NCBI GenBank assembly: GCA_963677485.1
Contig: OY781964.1
Coordinates: forward strand, 1,120,001-1,184,000
Reading direction: 5' to 3'
DNA: 64,000 nt
DNA from: Armatimonadota bacterium
GTDB taxonomy: Bacteria; Armatimonadota; HRBIN16
In this document: piece after piece, positions 40,915 to 51,515 of the stretch
Numbering within the stretch: position 1 is the stretch's first letter
Layout of the letters: each line of letters opens with the position of its first letter
The notes under the pieces: generated by a model
The model's input: the letters and a program-made list of their open reading frames with translations, nothing else
What the model was told of the DNA's origin: nothing
Database searches by the model: none
Made by a program: the position numbers and the translations under genes

Positions 40915-42264
40915 TTACAAAGCAGCGAGCACTTGCGTGGCACTCATCGCGGTGGTGAACTTCACGCCAGCCAGCTTGCTGGGGGTCAACGCCTTGCCAA
41001 GCTTGGCATAGAAGGCGTTCTTCGCCTTGCGGTCGGCGAACTGCGCATTGGCCCAAGTGCTGTTGAAGCCCATGCCGTAATAGCGGTTCATGAGGGTATG
41101 GCCCCAGATGAATTCGGCCCCTTCGACAAACTCGGCCACATAAGGGGCCAGTTCCGGTGCGTGGAAGTTATCCACAAAAGGCAGACCAGCCTTGTTCATC
41201 TCGGTGCCCACGATGATCGGCAGATCAAGCGTGCGGGCGGCCTCCATGCAGAGGCGCAGGTTCGCAACCTTGGTGGCCTTCTCTTCGGCCTTTTTGATGT
41301 TCCAGTTGCGGTCGGGGATGATGTTCAATGCCACCACGCCCTTCTTCACGCACAGTGCCAGCAGATCGGGCATGTCGGCCTCACCGGCGTTGGTGCCGTC
41401 CAGATAGGCCATGGTGGGCAATGCGCCGATGGCGTTCATCATCTCAATCGCCTTCTCCACGCTGGGGAAGGTGTCGGGTCCTGGGGCAATGTAGCCCACC
41501 CCACCGAACTTCATCAGCTTACCGCGGATTTTATCATGGAAGCTGGGGGCGTCGAGGATGAGTGCTTTGGCAGCTTCTACATCCATGCCAAGGATGCCCG
41601 CCCAATATTCGGCTTCAGCTTGAGTGTCATCGCCAAACACCTTCTTGGACTTTTGCTCAAAAGCGGCCAGCATATGGCGTTCAGTGGCGTTGCCTGCGGG
41701 GGTGAGGGGTTTCACATCGGCTTCGTAGTCGAGTTGCACTTTGCCCAGGCTGGCGTTGATCAGCTCCAGCATCTGCACATTGCGGCTGCCGGCCATATCG
41801 CGGAAGGCCTGCAGGGTGGCGGCTGCCTCGGTGCCGGCAACGGGAAGCTGGGTCACGCCGGTCATCATGAAGTATGCGATGCCCGGTTCATTCGGCGAGG
41901 TGATCACCTTGTCGGAGTATTCGGAGATCAGCACGCGGGTCTCCATCGCAACATCGGTGCGCAGGTCCAGCAACTCGCAGGCGGCGATGAACTCATCCAT
42001 GCCGTCCAGCACGTCGAAGTCCACGATGCCGGTGGCCATCAGTCCGTATTTTTTTGATTCCCAGGCGATGCGGCTTGGGCTCCATCCCTCGGCGTTGTAA
42101 CTAAAGAAGGTGTGGTAATGCAGGTTCACTTCGGGTTTTTCGGCGGGCAGGGATATCTCACCCGCCTTCGCCAAGGCGAGAAGTTCCGCCAGCGCAGATT
42201 GTCGTTCGGAGAGGTTGAAGGAGTTAAGCTGTTCCTCCAGCTTGGTCACTTTGCAGCAGGCCAT
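40915..42264 (-). CDS. PHP domain-containing protein
   Basis: VNLHYHTFFSY, GIVDFD.LDG, TERH, IIPDRNWN, GTEMN. Confidence 0.75.
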   Translation of the reverse strand: MACCKVTKLEEQLNSFNLSERQSALAELLALAKAGEISLPAEKPEVNLHYHTFFSYNAEGWSPSRIAWESKKYGLMATGIVDFDVLDGMDEFIAACELLDLRTDVAMETRVLISEYSDKVITSPNEPGIAYFMMTGVTQLPVAGTEAAATLQAFRDMAGSRNVQMLELINASLGKVQLDYEADVKPLTPAGNATERHMLAAFEQKSKKVFGDDTQAEAEYWAGILGMDVEAAKALILDAPSFHDKIRGKLMKFGGVGYIAPGPDTFPSVEKAIEMMNAIGALPTMAYLDGTNAGEADMPDLLALCVKKGVVALNIIPDRNWNIKKAEEKATKVANLRLCMEAARTLDLPIIVGTEMNKAGLPFVDNFHAPELAPYVAEFVEGAEFIWGHTLMNRYYGMGFNSTWANAQFADRKAKNAFYAKLGKALTPSKLAGVKFTTAMSATQVLAAL

Positions 42265-42364
42265 CTATATCTGTCTCCTAGTTAGCGTATTCATGCAATT
42301 ACAGGATACTAGCTTCGGTTAGTGGCTTCAAGCGAGCGAGGGGCATTCAGGGGCGGGGTGGATG

Positions 42365-42790
42365 GGGTTCAACGCAATGACGCAAAAGGGCAAAGGACGC
42401 AAAGGCAACCGTATTGCCTATGTCCGGGGCGGTCTGGCGGATGTATAACGGTGGTAGAAGGCTCAAGACCGCGCCGGTCTGGTTGCTTGACGGAAGGCGG
42501 TTGGCCCAGATGCGGAATAACAATCCGCAGATTACACAGATTACACAGATCAGGTAATGACCGCGCCGGCCTCCCTTGCGTCTTTGCGTTTTGTCCCCTC
42601 CGGGCCAATCGCCGCCTGCCAGGAACCAGACCGGCGCGGTCTTGAACCCTCAGAAGCCGCCAACCAACCGCCAGACCGCCCCGGACATAGCCAAACGGGT
42701 TGGGGTGGAGCATCCCATCCGCGTAATCCAAGCAATCTGGTCAATCCGAGGTACAGACAATAAGGCTATCCGCCAGACCGCACCAGTAAT
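42365..42790. repeat. Nested repeat mosaic
   Basis: AACGCAA..GCAAAG module; inverted pair of CTATGTCCGGGGCGGTCTGG..CAAGACCGCGCCGGTCT elements (42418-42480 and 42628-42692); CAGATTACA repeats; ATCCGAGGTACAGACAA. Confidence 0.75.
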
Positions 42791-42876
42791 CTACTGCATC
42801 GCGATTGCCAGTCTAATTGCATAACGGCACGGAGTCAAGCTCCCATCCGCTCAAACCCAGCCTCGCCCCAGTCGGC

Positions 42877-44643
42877 TTACAGACCCTCGCGGTCAATGGG
42901 GCGTGAGGCACCGGCCTGGAGTGTGCTGCGGCGGCCCACGATCAGCACCGAGTTCTTGGCCCGCGTGATGCCGGTATACAACACCTCGCGGCTGAGCATC
43001 GCATGGTCATGGGGCACAGAGAGAATCAGCATCACGCAGCCGTATTCGCTGCCCTGACTTTTGTGTACGGTGTGCGCAAAGGCCGGCTCCCAGTGGGCCA
43101 GCGACTCCAGCGGGTAGCTGATGTCGCCATCGGTCTTGCGGAACACCACCTGCCGGTCACCATCAGTACCGCGCATCAACACGCCCACTTCGCCGTTACT
43201 AAGCTCACGCAGAGCGTCATTCTGGGTGACCATCACAGGCATACCAATCGGATAACCGGCGGAACCACCTGATGTATGCTCACGCAGCAGGTTCGTCATC
43301 ACATGGTTGATACCTGCCACTCCGGTAAGCCCGCTGCGGGTCAGGCAGAGCACCCTGCCCGCATTCAACCCTTCGAAGACCGCATCAAGCTGCTGCTGGT
43401 GTACTTCGAGATGGTCGAAATCCAGGTTCTGGCGTAGCTTCTGCAGCATCGGCTGCGGATAGATCATCTCAAACCAGGGATTCAACAGAGCATGAAGCAC
43501 ATCAGGTCGGTGTGGGTCACAGTCCAGCAGCAAACAGCCCTGCTGGCCCATCTGACCGGGTGTGCCCGCAGGCAACAGGCTGTGATCCAACGGCAGTCCC
43601 TGGTTGACGGCGAGTGCGAGCTGTAAGATGCTTCGCACACTGCGGAAGGAGGTGCTGAGGGAAGCGATTGGCCACTCATTCTCTTGAAGCAATGTGGTCA
43701 AAGGAACCCCTGCCTCCACCGAGGGCAACTGGTCACGGTCGCCCAGCATGATCACCCTGCACTCTGACGGTGTCGCCTCCAGCAGGTTTGCCATCAACCG
43801 GATATCCACCATACTCAGTTCATCCAGAACCAGCGTGTCCGCAGCCAGCGGGTTATCTTGGTTGTGTTTGAACCGGCCATATCGGTCTATACGTAAGACA
43901 CTATGTATGGTGTGGGCCTGAAGGCTGCGCAGCCATTCGGCCTCGGATGGGTCACTCAAAAACGAAGCCTGTTGGTGCAGCGACTCGGTCATGCGCTGCG
44001 CAGCACGGCCGGTCGGAGCGACCAGCACCACCCGCCCAGCCTGCCCCGCCGGCTGTAAACAGCGCAGGATGTTGACCACAATAGATGTCTTGCCTGTGCC
44101 TGGTCCACCGCTGATGATACTGAGCTGGTTATCCAACGCGAGACGCAGGGCCTTGTGCTGGTCCTCGCTGAGCTGCTGGTTGTTTCCCGATAGCACCACC
44201 TTGACGGCATCTTCAAGCACGGGCTGATCACTCTGTCTATTGAGATGGTTCAAGCCATCCAGCACCGAGTGTGCTGCATGGACCACCCCTTGGAAGCCGA
44301 TGGTTTCGTCTCCCAGCACCAGCGGGCAGAGGCAGTCGGCATCGCGCGTGAGCAGCTCAGGGTAGAGCTGGTCTAGCTGCTGCCACTGTGATAAGAGTTC
44401 CGGTATACGCACATGCAGGCACTCTGGCAGCCGCCGGTACAAGGTATCTGTGTTGGCGTGCAGACAGATGCTACCGCCCTCAAAACTCTTGAACAAGGCA
44501 ACCAGTATGGGCAACAGCGGTTCGTCAGCCCGGGGCAGGGTGGACGATAGCTCCAACAAATCACAAATCGACTGACGGCTTAATGGGCTTATCCATGCGG
44601 AGTATTCCCTGCTGATATGCATATACAGTGCGTGTTTAGCCAT
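42877..44643 (-). CDS. recD: Exodeoxyribonuclease V subunit alpha
   Basis: ISGGPGTGKT, APTGRAAQR, TIH..L, LDELSMVD, LGDRDQLPSV, GMPVMVTQND, TVHKSQGSEY, LYTGITRA. Confidence 0.95.
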   Translation of the reverse strand: MAKHALYMHISREYSAWISPLSRQSICDLLELSSTLPRADEPLLPILVALFKSFEGGSICLHANTDTLYRRLPECLHVRIPELLSQWQQLDQLYPELLTRDADCLCPLVLGDETIGFQGVVHAAHSVLDGLNHLNRQSDQPVLEDAVKVVLSGNNQQLSEDQHKALRLALDNQLSIISGGPGTGKTSIVVNILRCLQPAGQAGRVVLVAPTGRAAQRMTESLHQQASFLSDPSEAEWLRSLQAHTIHSVLRIDRYGRFKHNQDNPLAADTLVLDELSMVDIRLMANLLEATPSECRVIMLGDRDQLPSVEAGVPLTTLLQENEWPIASLSTSFRSVRSILQLALAVNQGLPLDHSLLPAGTPGQMGQQGCLLLDCDPHRPDVLHALLNPWFEMIYPQPMLQKLRQNLDFDHLEVHQQQLDAVFEGLNAGRVLCLTRSGLTGVAGINHVMTNLLREHTSGGSAGYPIGMPVMVTQNDALRELSNGEVGVLMRGTDGDRQVVFRKTDGDISYPLESLAHWEPAFAHTVHKSQGSEYGCVMLILSVPHDHAMLSREVLYTGITRAKNSVLIVGRRSTLQAGASRPIDREGL

Positions 44644-47600
44644 GCGATACCTGCTGCCTCATATAAGACATATATTGCCTCAGATGAGCTCCAAACTGCT
44701 CAATTTCTGCAGAGCAAAGATCCGTCCTGACGCAGAACCCTTCGTCGCTGCCCACATGCACGCCGCGCAAGAACACATAACAGATGCCGCCAAATCGGCT
44801 CCAGAAGTCCGTCATCCCCCAGGCCTCGTATAACCTCTGAAGGGCCAGTGTGTAGGTGCGGTATTGGCCATGGTATCCGCCATGCTCCATCATCTCGCCG
44901 ATGGCTTCCGCACCGTAGCCTGACGGTGAACTGTTGCTCTTCCAGTCTAGAATGTATATCTTCCCATTTTGTTCGAACACGAGGTCGATGATCCCGAACA
45001 GGTCATCCACCACGCCTCCCTGCTGAGCCATGCACACATGAAACGGCAGTTCGGCCCGTCTTGATGCCATCGGGATATCTCCCAGCGGTGTGCCGGTCAT
45101 CGGACACACGGCATGAAGTGTGTGCCAGATTCTGTCGGCGAACTCCGGCAGCCACGCTGGCTCACCCTCTTCTACCACCAATCCGCTTAACGGAATGGCA
45201 TCAAGCACAAGCTGGCGGAATGCGGCTATCTCATACAACTGCTGAGCATCGGTGCATTGGCGAACCATCTCAAAGTCGATCGCCTGCAACACCGAGTGAA
45301 ACAGAGTTCCGCTCTCAGCTCCTGTGGGTATACCGGCTTCTTCGGACTCATATGATATTTCATCATCCGAGCGGAGACCGCTTAACCCATCGCCTTCGGT
45401 CGATGCGAGCTGCCAGAATGTGTGATCTGGCGGTGGCAACGAGTTTGCGCCTGAAGCTGAAGAAGGATCATTACGGGTCAGCTCAATGGGAAGGCTGGAG
45501 AATGAGTGTATCCAGCTCTGTCTGCTGCGCATATGAGCGGGTGCGGCTCGGAACTCGCGCAGACCGCCCGCTAGTGTCGTGGAGGCGGGCATGAACAGCC
45601 TGCTTCCGTCTGTGTTACGGCTGTAGTCGATCTGCTGCACATGGCTTAGTTCACGGTCCGCAACCATATTAGTCAAACACTTGGCCATGGCGGAGCTACT
45701 CTTCTCATGCATGGGCATATACAACCGGCATCGGGCACGGGTCATGGCCACATACAGCAGCCTCTGCTGCTCCTCCGCAAACTGGATGTCAGCCGCTTTG
45801 ATACCGGCATCATCACGATCACTCTGGCACAGGAACTCCATATGGTCCGCATAACACAACGTGCGGTAGTCGCTGGGGGCATCCTTCTGGCCCAGCAGAA
45901 GGAACACCACACCATACTCCAGCCCCTTCGAGGCGTGCATAGTCACGACCTGTACCTTGGGCTGATCGACCTCTTTACGAAGCTGCCCGGTCTGCTCGTC
46001 AGTTCCTCCGCCGTCCATCAGGCACTGCAGCCGTCGGATCAATGACGCCAGGTCATCATGGTTGTCTACTGCCATCGTGGTCAGCTCTTGACTAAGATGC
46101 AGCCAGTTCGCGGCCCGGCGATCGCCGTCTGATGCTATGATCTCGCGATGCAGCAGCTCCGTTTGATGGCACAGCACTCGGAAGAGGCCATCCCAGCGGC
46201 GGCGTTCTGCCAAGTCACCGGCTTGCTGCATCAGACGTTGCGCATGGCGTACCGCCAGCTGGTCATGCAGCTTCATGGGATGGATGCCAAACACACGGGT
46301 CAGCAGCGCATTCTGCATCAGACCGTGGTCTTCGGGTTCGAGCAGAGCCTTGAGAACCAGCAGCAACTGGGCGGCCTCAGCCGTTTGATAGATATTGCTT
46401 GAACGTCCGTTGCTGTATGGAATACCCGCATCAGCCAGTTTCAAGCCCATGCGGTTCGCCTGGTGATGGCTCTTGCATAGGATACAGATGTCATCCAGCT
46501 TGAGGGGTCGCTGCTCACCCCCGCGGAGGGCGACTGTGGGCGACTGGCCCATCAACCCGATGATCTCCTCCACAATAAACTGCATGTAACTGGTGGCACT
46601 GTGCCTGTCATCAGCACCGGTCTTGACGATCACGATCGGCTTACGGCCCTCCCAACCGGAGCCCAGAACCGTGCCTGGCTCAAGGGGCGCGCTCACCGGC
46701 AGATACTGAAGCCTGCCTGGCTCCGGTTCACCGAAGAGGCGGTTGTCACCGCAGAGCTGGTTGATGGCCTCTATAAACTGCGCTGACGAACGGTAGTTGG
46801 TGTCGAGGCTGGTCACCATGCCCCCGCGTTCACGCAGAGTCTCTTTAGCCGCCAGGTAGGTCTGCACGTTCGCTCCACGGAAGGTGTAGATGGCCTGCTT
46901 GGGATCGCCCACCAGCACCAGGTGCTTCGGGGCAGATGCCTCTTGCAGGAACAGGCTCTTGATGATATGCCACTGCAGGGGATCGGTATCCTGAAACTCG
47001 TCCACCAGTGCCGCCTGATACTGGGATGCGATCTGCTGGCACAGAGTAGGGTTGCCGTGCAGCGCATCTGCGAGGCCTTGCACCATATCGTTGAAGCTGA
47101 CCACACCACGCTCCGCGCGGTTGTTTCGGGCCGCTGAAGCCAAGTCACTGGCTACAGCGGCCATGATGCCGGGGCTGATACGGGTTTTGAATACCGCAGA
47201 AGGACTGAGCTGCCCTTTTAGGTCTCTCAGGTAATCGCGTAACTGAACCACCAACGGAAGCGAGTTCGCCCTCACCCGCCGCCAGATGCTGTTGTAGACA
47301 TCGGTCATGACCCGATCCGATTCGTCTATGGGCTGGTCGTAGATGTGGGCCAGTAACTGCTGAAGGGGCTCGATGACACGTGTTTGCGCATCGAACTCAC
47401 CCTTCCTCACCGCTTTCTCAAACTGCACATTGATATCCAATTCAAGCTCGCTCCAATTGCTGTCCAGGAACTCAAGAAATGGGTGGGTGAGCTGTTCCAG
47501 CCACTGCGGCACTGACAGCGTCAGCAGGCCTAGCAACTCATCGAGGTTGCCGGGCTGCACCAGATCATCGCTCTGCATGGAGCCGGCGATGCGACGGCAG

Positions 47601-48085
47601 GTGGCACCACGACCCCCCACCAGGCTGGCTACGAAACTCAGCATCTCGGCCCGGAGCATCCCCGCAGAGTTGGCGATCGGCATCCATTTGTCGCGGATGA
47701 GCTGCAACAGCAGTTTTTGGGCCCACACAGGGTCATTCTCTATCGCTAGATCGAGGGGCAACAGACACTCGAAGCCATACCGAACCATCGTCATCTGGCA
47801 GAAGCCGTGGAAGGTGGTGATCTGCGCCGTGTCGAAGTTGGCCAATGCCTCTGCAGCCCGCTGGCTCTGCTCAGGGGAATACAGCTCTCCCTGTTCTATG
47901 TCGGTCAGAAATTGCCGCAGCCTGTCCTGCATCTCACTGGCCGCTTTGTTGGTGAAGGTGACCATCAGCAACTGGTGGATGGGCACGCCATGTTTCACAA
48001 CCAAATCGGCCGCCTTACTACAGATGGTGTATGTCTTGCCCGTACCGGCAGAGGCTTCGATCAGCTCAAGTTGGGGTGCAAGCAT
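44636..48085 (-). CDS. recB: Exodeoxyribonuclease V subunit beta
   Basis: LIEASAGTGKT, VTFTNKAA, VDEFQDTDPLQW, VGDPKQAIY.FRGA, TMHASKGLEY, LLYVAMTRA and nuclease motif GIIDLVF...ILDWKSN. ATG 48085 follows GGAGG. Confidence 0.95.
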   Translation of the reverse strand: MLAPQLELIEASAGTGKTYTICSKAADLVVKHGVPIHQLLMVTFTNKAASEMQDRLRQFLTDIEQGELYSPEQSQRAAEALANFDTAQITTFHGFCQMTMVRYGFECLLPLDLAIENDPVWAQKLLLQLIRDKWMPIANSAGMLRAEMLSFVASLVGGRGATCRRIAGSMQSDDLVQPGNLDELLGLLTLSVPQWLEQLTHPFLEFLDSNWSELELDINVQFEKAVRKGEFDAQTRVIEPLQQLLAHIYDQPIDESDRVMTDVYNSIWRRVRANSLPLVVQLRDYLRDLKGQLSPSAVFKTRISPGIMAAVASDLASAARNNRAERGVVSFNDMVQGLADALHGNPTLCQQIASQYQAALVDEFQDTDPLQWHIIKSLFLQEASAPKHLVLVGDPKQAIYTFRGANVQTYLAAKETLRERGGMVTSLDTNYRSSAQFIEAINQLCGDNRLFGEPEPGRLQYLPVSAPLEPGTVLGSGWEGRKPIVIVKTGADDRHSATSYMQFIVEEIIGLMGQSPTVALRGGEQRPLKLDDICILCKSHHQANRMGLKLADAGIPYSNGRSSNIYQTAEAAQLLLVLKALLEPEDHGLMQNALLTRVFGIHPMKLHDQLAVRHAQRLMQQAGDLAERRRWDGLFRVLCHQTELLHREIIASDGDRRAANWLHLSQELTTMAVDNHDDLASLIRRLQCLMDGGGTDEQTGQLRKEVDQPKVQVVTMHASKGLEYGVVFLLLGQKDAPSDYRTLCYADHMEFLCQSDRDDAGIKAADIQFAEEQQRLLYVAMTRARCRLYMPMHEKSSSAMAKCLTNMVADRELSHVQQIDYSRNTDGSRLFMPASTTLAGGLREFRAAPAHMRSRQSWIHSFSSLPIELTRNDPSSASGANSLPPPDHTFWQLASTEGDGLSGLRSDDEISYESEEAGIPTGAESGTLFHSVLQAIDFEMVRQCTDAQQLYEIAAFRQLVLDAIPLSGLVVEEGEPAWLPEFADRIWHTLHAVCPMTGTPLGDIPMASRRAELPFHVCMAQQGGVVDDLFGIIDLVFEQNGKIYILDWKSNSSPSGYGAEAIGEMMEHGGYHGQYRTYTLALQRLYEAWGMTDFWSRFGGICYVFLRGVHVGSDEGFCVRTDLCSAEIEQFGAHLRQYMSYMRQQVSHG

Positions 48086-48086
48086 C

Positions 48087-51000
48087 TCAGTGATCGTCCT
48101 CCTGGCTCTTCTGAGGGACAACGAACGGGGCGAACCGCTGATATAGCGCAGACCTCAACAGCTCATCAGATTCGGGTTGTGTGATGCCCTCAACCCAGCT
48201 CAGTGGGTCGACAGAATCGCCGTATTCAGCATCCAGCTCCTCTGCGATCTCCTGCATACCGGTCTCTATCCCTGTCTTCAGTATCAACGGGTAAGGGAGA
48301 TGCCACAGACTGCCGGCCAAGGTGCTGTTCACCAGCAACGCAAGATAGTCATCCTCAAACGAGATGGTAAACTGCTCGGAACGAGGTTCGCCGCTCCAGC
48401 AGACCCACACGCTAACTTCAAGCGGTGTGATCTGGTGCTGGAGCTTGTATACCAGCAAAGCCAACGCAGGTTGCACTATGGCGAAGGGATGCAGTTTCCC
48501 GCTGTTCTTTTTCCCCTGAGCCATCTTGACGGCCACCAAATCGCCCTGCTCATTGCACACGCACAGAGGCCAGTCGGCTGTGACCGTGATGCCCTCGACA
48601 TCGATCAGCGCTTGCACAGGACACAAATCCCCCAACGGCATCTGTGCTGCTAGCTCCTCTGATTTCTGTTGGATTGAGGCGATCAACACCGGCTCCATGG
48701 GGGCCACTGGCAGCAAGCCGCGATGCGAGCCCGCATGGTATAACTCTGCCGTGATGGCACGGACCGGCCGACCAGTTTGTTTGTTCAGCAGCACGGCTTG
48801 GGTGACCATACGGCTGATCTGCTGAGCCGTCAACTCCAATGGCTCGGTATCGGCCGTATCCTCCGGCGCGGACTCCCAGATACGGCCAGCCAGCCGTTCA
48901 AGTGTTGAGGTAATCGGATCATACAGGAACGAACTCAGTTGCCTCACGCTGAGTTCACGTGGAGCTTCTGGCAAGCTTAGCGGGGCCTCTTCACGGCTTT
49001 CGATGTCTACCATCTTATCGAGAGCCGTGGTGGCTTGAGCTGCCAACTCCGGGCTGGCCAACTCGCTGTGACTAAGCTGCTTGAGCGCGATGAGCCAGTC
49101 CGACAGGCTGTAGTTCGGCCACACAGGCAGCTTCCCATCTGGAGCTACCAGCAGATGCTCTATACTGTAGGGCATTAAGGGCACGTGCCGCGTGACAGTG
49201 CTGACATCGGGTATACCGAGATACTCCAGCAACTGCCGAAGCTGGTTACTGAGGTAGCCAGGCGTATCGGTGACAGGATCCAGCTCCTGGTAGCTCAGTG
49301 TGATGCTGTCACTGGCACTGAGCAGTGCCGTGAGAAGCGACTGCCGGGCGATGTCCTCCGCCTGGCCACCGGTATCTGTGCGGATATCGAGGCTTGACGC
49401 ACGCACCCGCAGCGGGAAGCGGCCTTCATTCAGCCCGCAGACGATGACATGGCGGAACGGAACCCCGCCAAGCTGGTTCAAGGTGCCCACATTCACACCG
49501 CCCAACACAGGCACCCCGATATGCCAACTGTCAGGACGGATACACCCGGTCAACAGTTGCTTGAATTCGGCAGCAGGCAGTACCTGCGTGGAGATCATCT
49601 CCTCGCCGTCGGCCATCTGACGCAACGTCTGCTGCATCTGCATATGACCGCGCCGGTCGGGGGCATCATCAGGCTGCGGCTCTATCAACAAAGGCAGCAG
49701 CCTGGCCAAAGCCTCCGCCCAGGCCCCTGCGGCCCGTTCGGCTCCACTCAGCAGCTCACTGAGCTCATTCATGCGCTCCAGGCAAATCCCTAAGCTCTCC
49801 AGTTCCTGCGCACTCGTGCGGAAGGTGGCCTCTGGGATGCGGTGCTGCCAGTGGTCAGCCTGTTGTTCGTTTGGTATCTGCAGGAGCCGTCCTAGCCGGT
49901 ACCGCTGCATCATCTGCTTGAAGCTGAAAGGCTGCTCCTCGATGCCAGCATAGGCGGTCTCAAGCTGATCGTAGCCGCGCCAGGCTCCCGAATTGGCCAT
50001 CAGCTCCTGCCAGTTATCCACCACACTGTGTGTGATACCCTGCGCCTGCATGAAACAAGGGTTACGCATGACGGCCAGCAGTTGGCTCCGGGTGAAGTTG
50101 TCAGAGCTTAAGGCTAGTAAGGCCTGCAGAGCCTGAATATACAGGCTGTCACCAGCCCTCACACCCAAAACGCAATACGGCAAGCTGGCCTGGTGCTTAT
50201 CGAATGCCGCACACAGCAAACTCTTGACCTCGGAGACGTCTGAACACAATACCGCGATCTGCTGAGGCAACAGGCTTGGGTCATCCTCCAGCATCTGCAG
50301 GATACGGTTGGCCACCGCATCGTATTCGCGGTCAGTGCCTTTGGCTGCCAAGACCGACAGGTGGCCGGACTGCAGCATCTTCTGGAGTGATGCCAGGGTC
50401 TGGCTCGAATCCGGAGCCATCTGTGGCCCGCTCCAACCCACGGATTGCAGAAACTGCTGGGTGGGACGGTCCCAGGATGCGAGTTCGTCAGGGCAGACTC
50501 TCAACGGATGGTGCAGCAGAAGCTCCACATTCATGACTTGGGCGGCCCAGTTCAACATCTGCCACTGACCATCTAGTACCGAGGGAAACCCGAACAACAC
50601 CGTCAATCCCGGCTCTGCTGGTGCCTGAGGAACGGATTGGCAGATCTGCGTAAAGGCGTGTGCAAGGCTGCATGGCGAACCACCGCAACTGTGCAGGTAG
50701 AGTTCGCGTTCCGCCTGAGCCAGCGGCGTTTCAGGCCAATCCGCCAGTAGACTGGGGTTTCGCTGTTCGTAGTCTTGAAACAGCAGCAACAATGATTGTG
50801 CCAAGCCAACCTTCTTGCTGGTGGCGCCATTTTGATTCGGGCTGTTTTGCAGGTAATTCTGAATGGGAGCCATCACCGACTGGGACATGAATGTGTCATC
50901 TGACAGCAAGCTGACCAAGCGCATGAGCCACTGTTGAAACTTGATGGCTGGGGGCAAGGCGATTGGCGATACCTCGCGAAACATGTCCCACAAACCGTCT

Positions 51001-51203
51001 TCCATCAAATGACACGGGATATCAAGCGTAGCTCCATAGGTCTGCACGATGTGGTAATTCACCCAGCGGTTAATCGGCTGAGACAATGTGATGAGACGTG
51101 GCTGTACACCGAACAGTTGGGCTTTTTGCTGCTGAAGAAAGAACCTGTGCAAGTGGTCGGACATCTCATCGTGTGTCTCGTACGTGTGTATGATCAGTGC
51201 CAA
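48087..51203 (-). CDS. recC: Exodeoxyribonuclease V subunit gamma
   Basis: LFQDYEQ, IAVLC.D, VPFRHVIVCGLNEGRFP, ALLSA...ITLSY, L.SFL.DP; 1038 aa directly upstream of recB. Confidence 0.88.
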   Translation of the reverse strand: MALIIHTYETHDEMSDHLHRFFLQQQKAQLFGVQPRLITLSQPINRWVNYHIVQTYGATLDIPCHLMEDGLWDMFREVSPIALPPAIKFQQWLMRLVSLLSDDTFMSQSVMAPIQNYLQNSPNQNGATSKKVGLAQSLLLLFQDYEQRNPSLLADWPETPLAQAERELYLHSCGGSPCSLAHAFTQICQSVPQAPAEPGLTVLFGFPSVLDGQWQMLNWAAQVMNVELLLHHPLRVCPDELASWDRPTQQFLQSVGWSGPQMAPDSSQTLASLQKMLQSGHLSVLAAKGTDREYDAVANRILQMLEDDPSLLPQQIAVLCSDVSEVKSLLCAAFDKHQASLPYCVLGVRAGDSLYIQALQALLALSSDNFTRSQLLAVMRNPCFMQAQGITHSVVDNWQELMANSGAWRGYDQLETAYAGIEEQPFSFKQMMQRYRLGRLLQIPNEQQADHWQHRIPEATFRTSAQELESLGICLERMNELSELLSGAERAAGAWAEALARLLPLLIEPQPDDAPDRRGHMQMQQTLRQMADGEEMISTQVLPAAEFKQLLTGCIRPDSWHIGVPVLGGVNVGTLNQLGGVPFRHVIVCGLNEGRFPLRVRASSLDIRTDTGGQAEDIARQSLLTALLSASDSITLSYQELDPVTDTPGYLSNQLRQLLEYLGIPDVSTVTRHVPLMPYSIEHLLVAPDGKLPVWPNYSLSDWLIALKQLSHSELASPELAAQATTALDKMVDIESREEAPLSLPEAPRELSVRQLSSFLYDPITSTLERLAGRIWESAPEDTADTEPLELTAQQISRMVTQAVLLNKQTGRPVRAITAELYHAGSHRGLLPVAPMEPVLIASIQQKSEELAAQMPLGDLCPVQALIDVEGITVTADWPLCVCNEQGDLVAVKMAQGKKNSGKLHPFAIVQPALALLVYKLQHQITPLEVSVWVCWSGEPRSEQFTISFEDDYLALLVNSTLAGSLWHLPYPLILKTGIETGMQEIAEELDAEYGDSVDPLSWVEGITQPESDELLRSALYQRFAPFVVPQKSQEDDH

Positions 51204-51515
51204 CCGACTCTCCTATTCAAATGCGCCTTATATTAGAATGATACACCGGAATCAGGCTGGTACAGACATGATGACGAAGGTTTATTCCGGTCCACCAAGA
51301 CGCCGGATTTGAGGGTCGGTTCAGATGATACCGTAAACTGATGCATTTATGATATTATCGATAATCTGGCTAAATTTGGAGGAATTAGGTGCAATAACGT
51401 CCAGCAATAAAGTAAAATCACAAGAATAGTGGCCATAATGTCGAATTTCACTTGAATATGCGAAAATAAACAGATATTGTATACACGAAACACTATTCCT
51501 TAGGAGTGACCGTTT

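Noticed and set aside
40933-42057. Long antisense ORFs (for example 40933-42057, 57357-58604, 23857-24885, 7042-7803)
   Set aside because: These are shadow ORFs opposite well-supported genes in GC-rich, codon-biased DNA, with no recognisable motifs.
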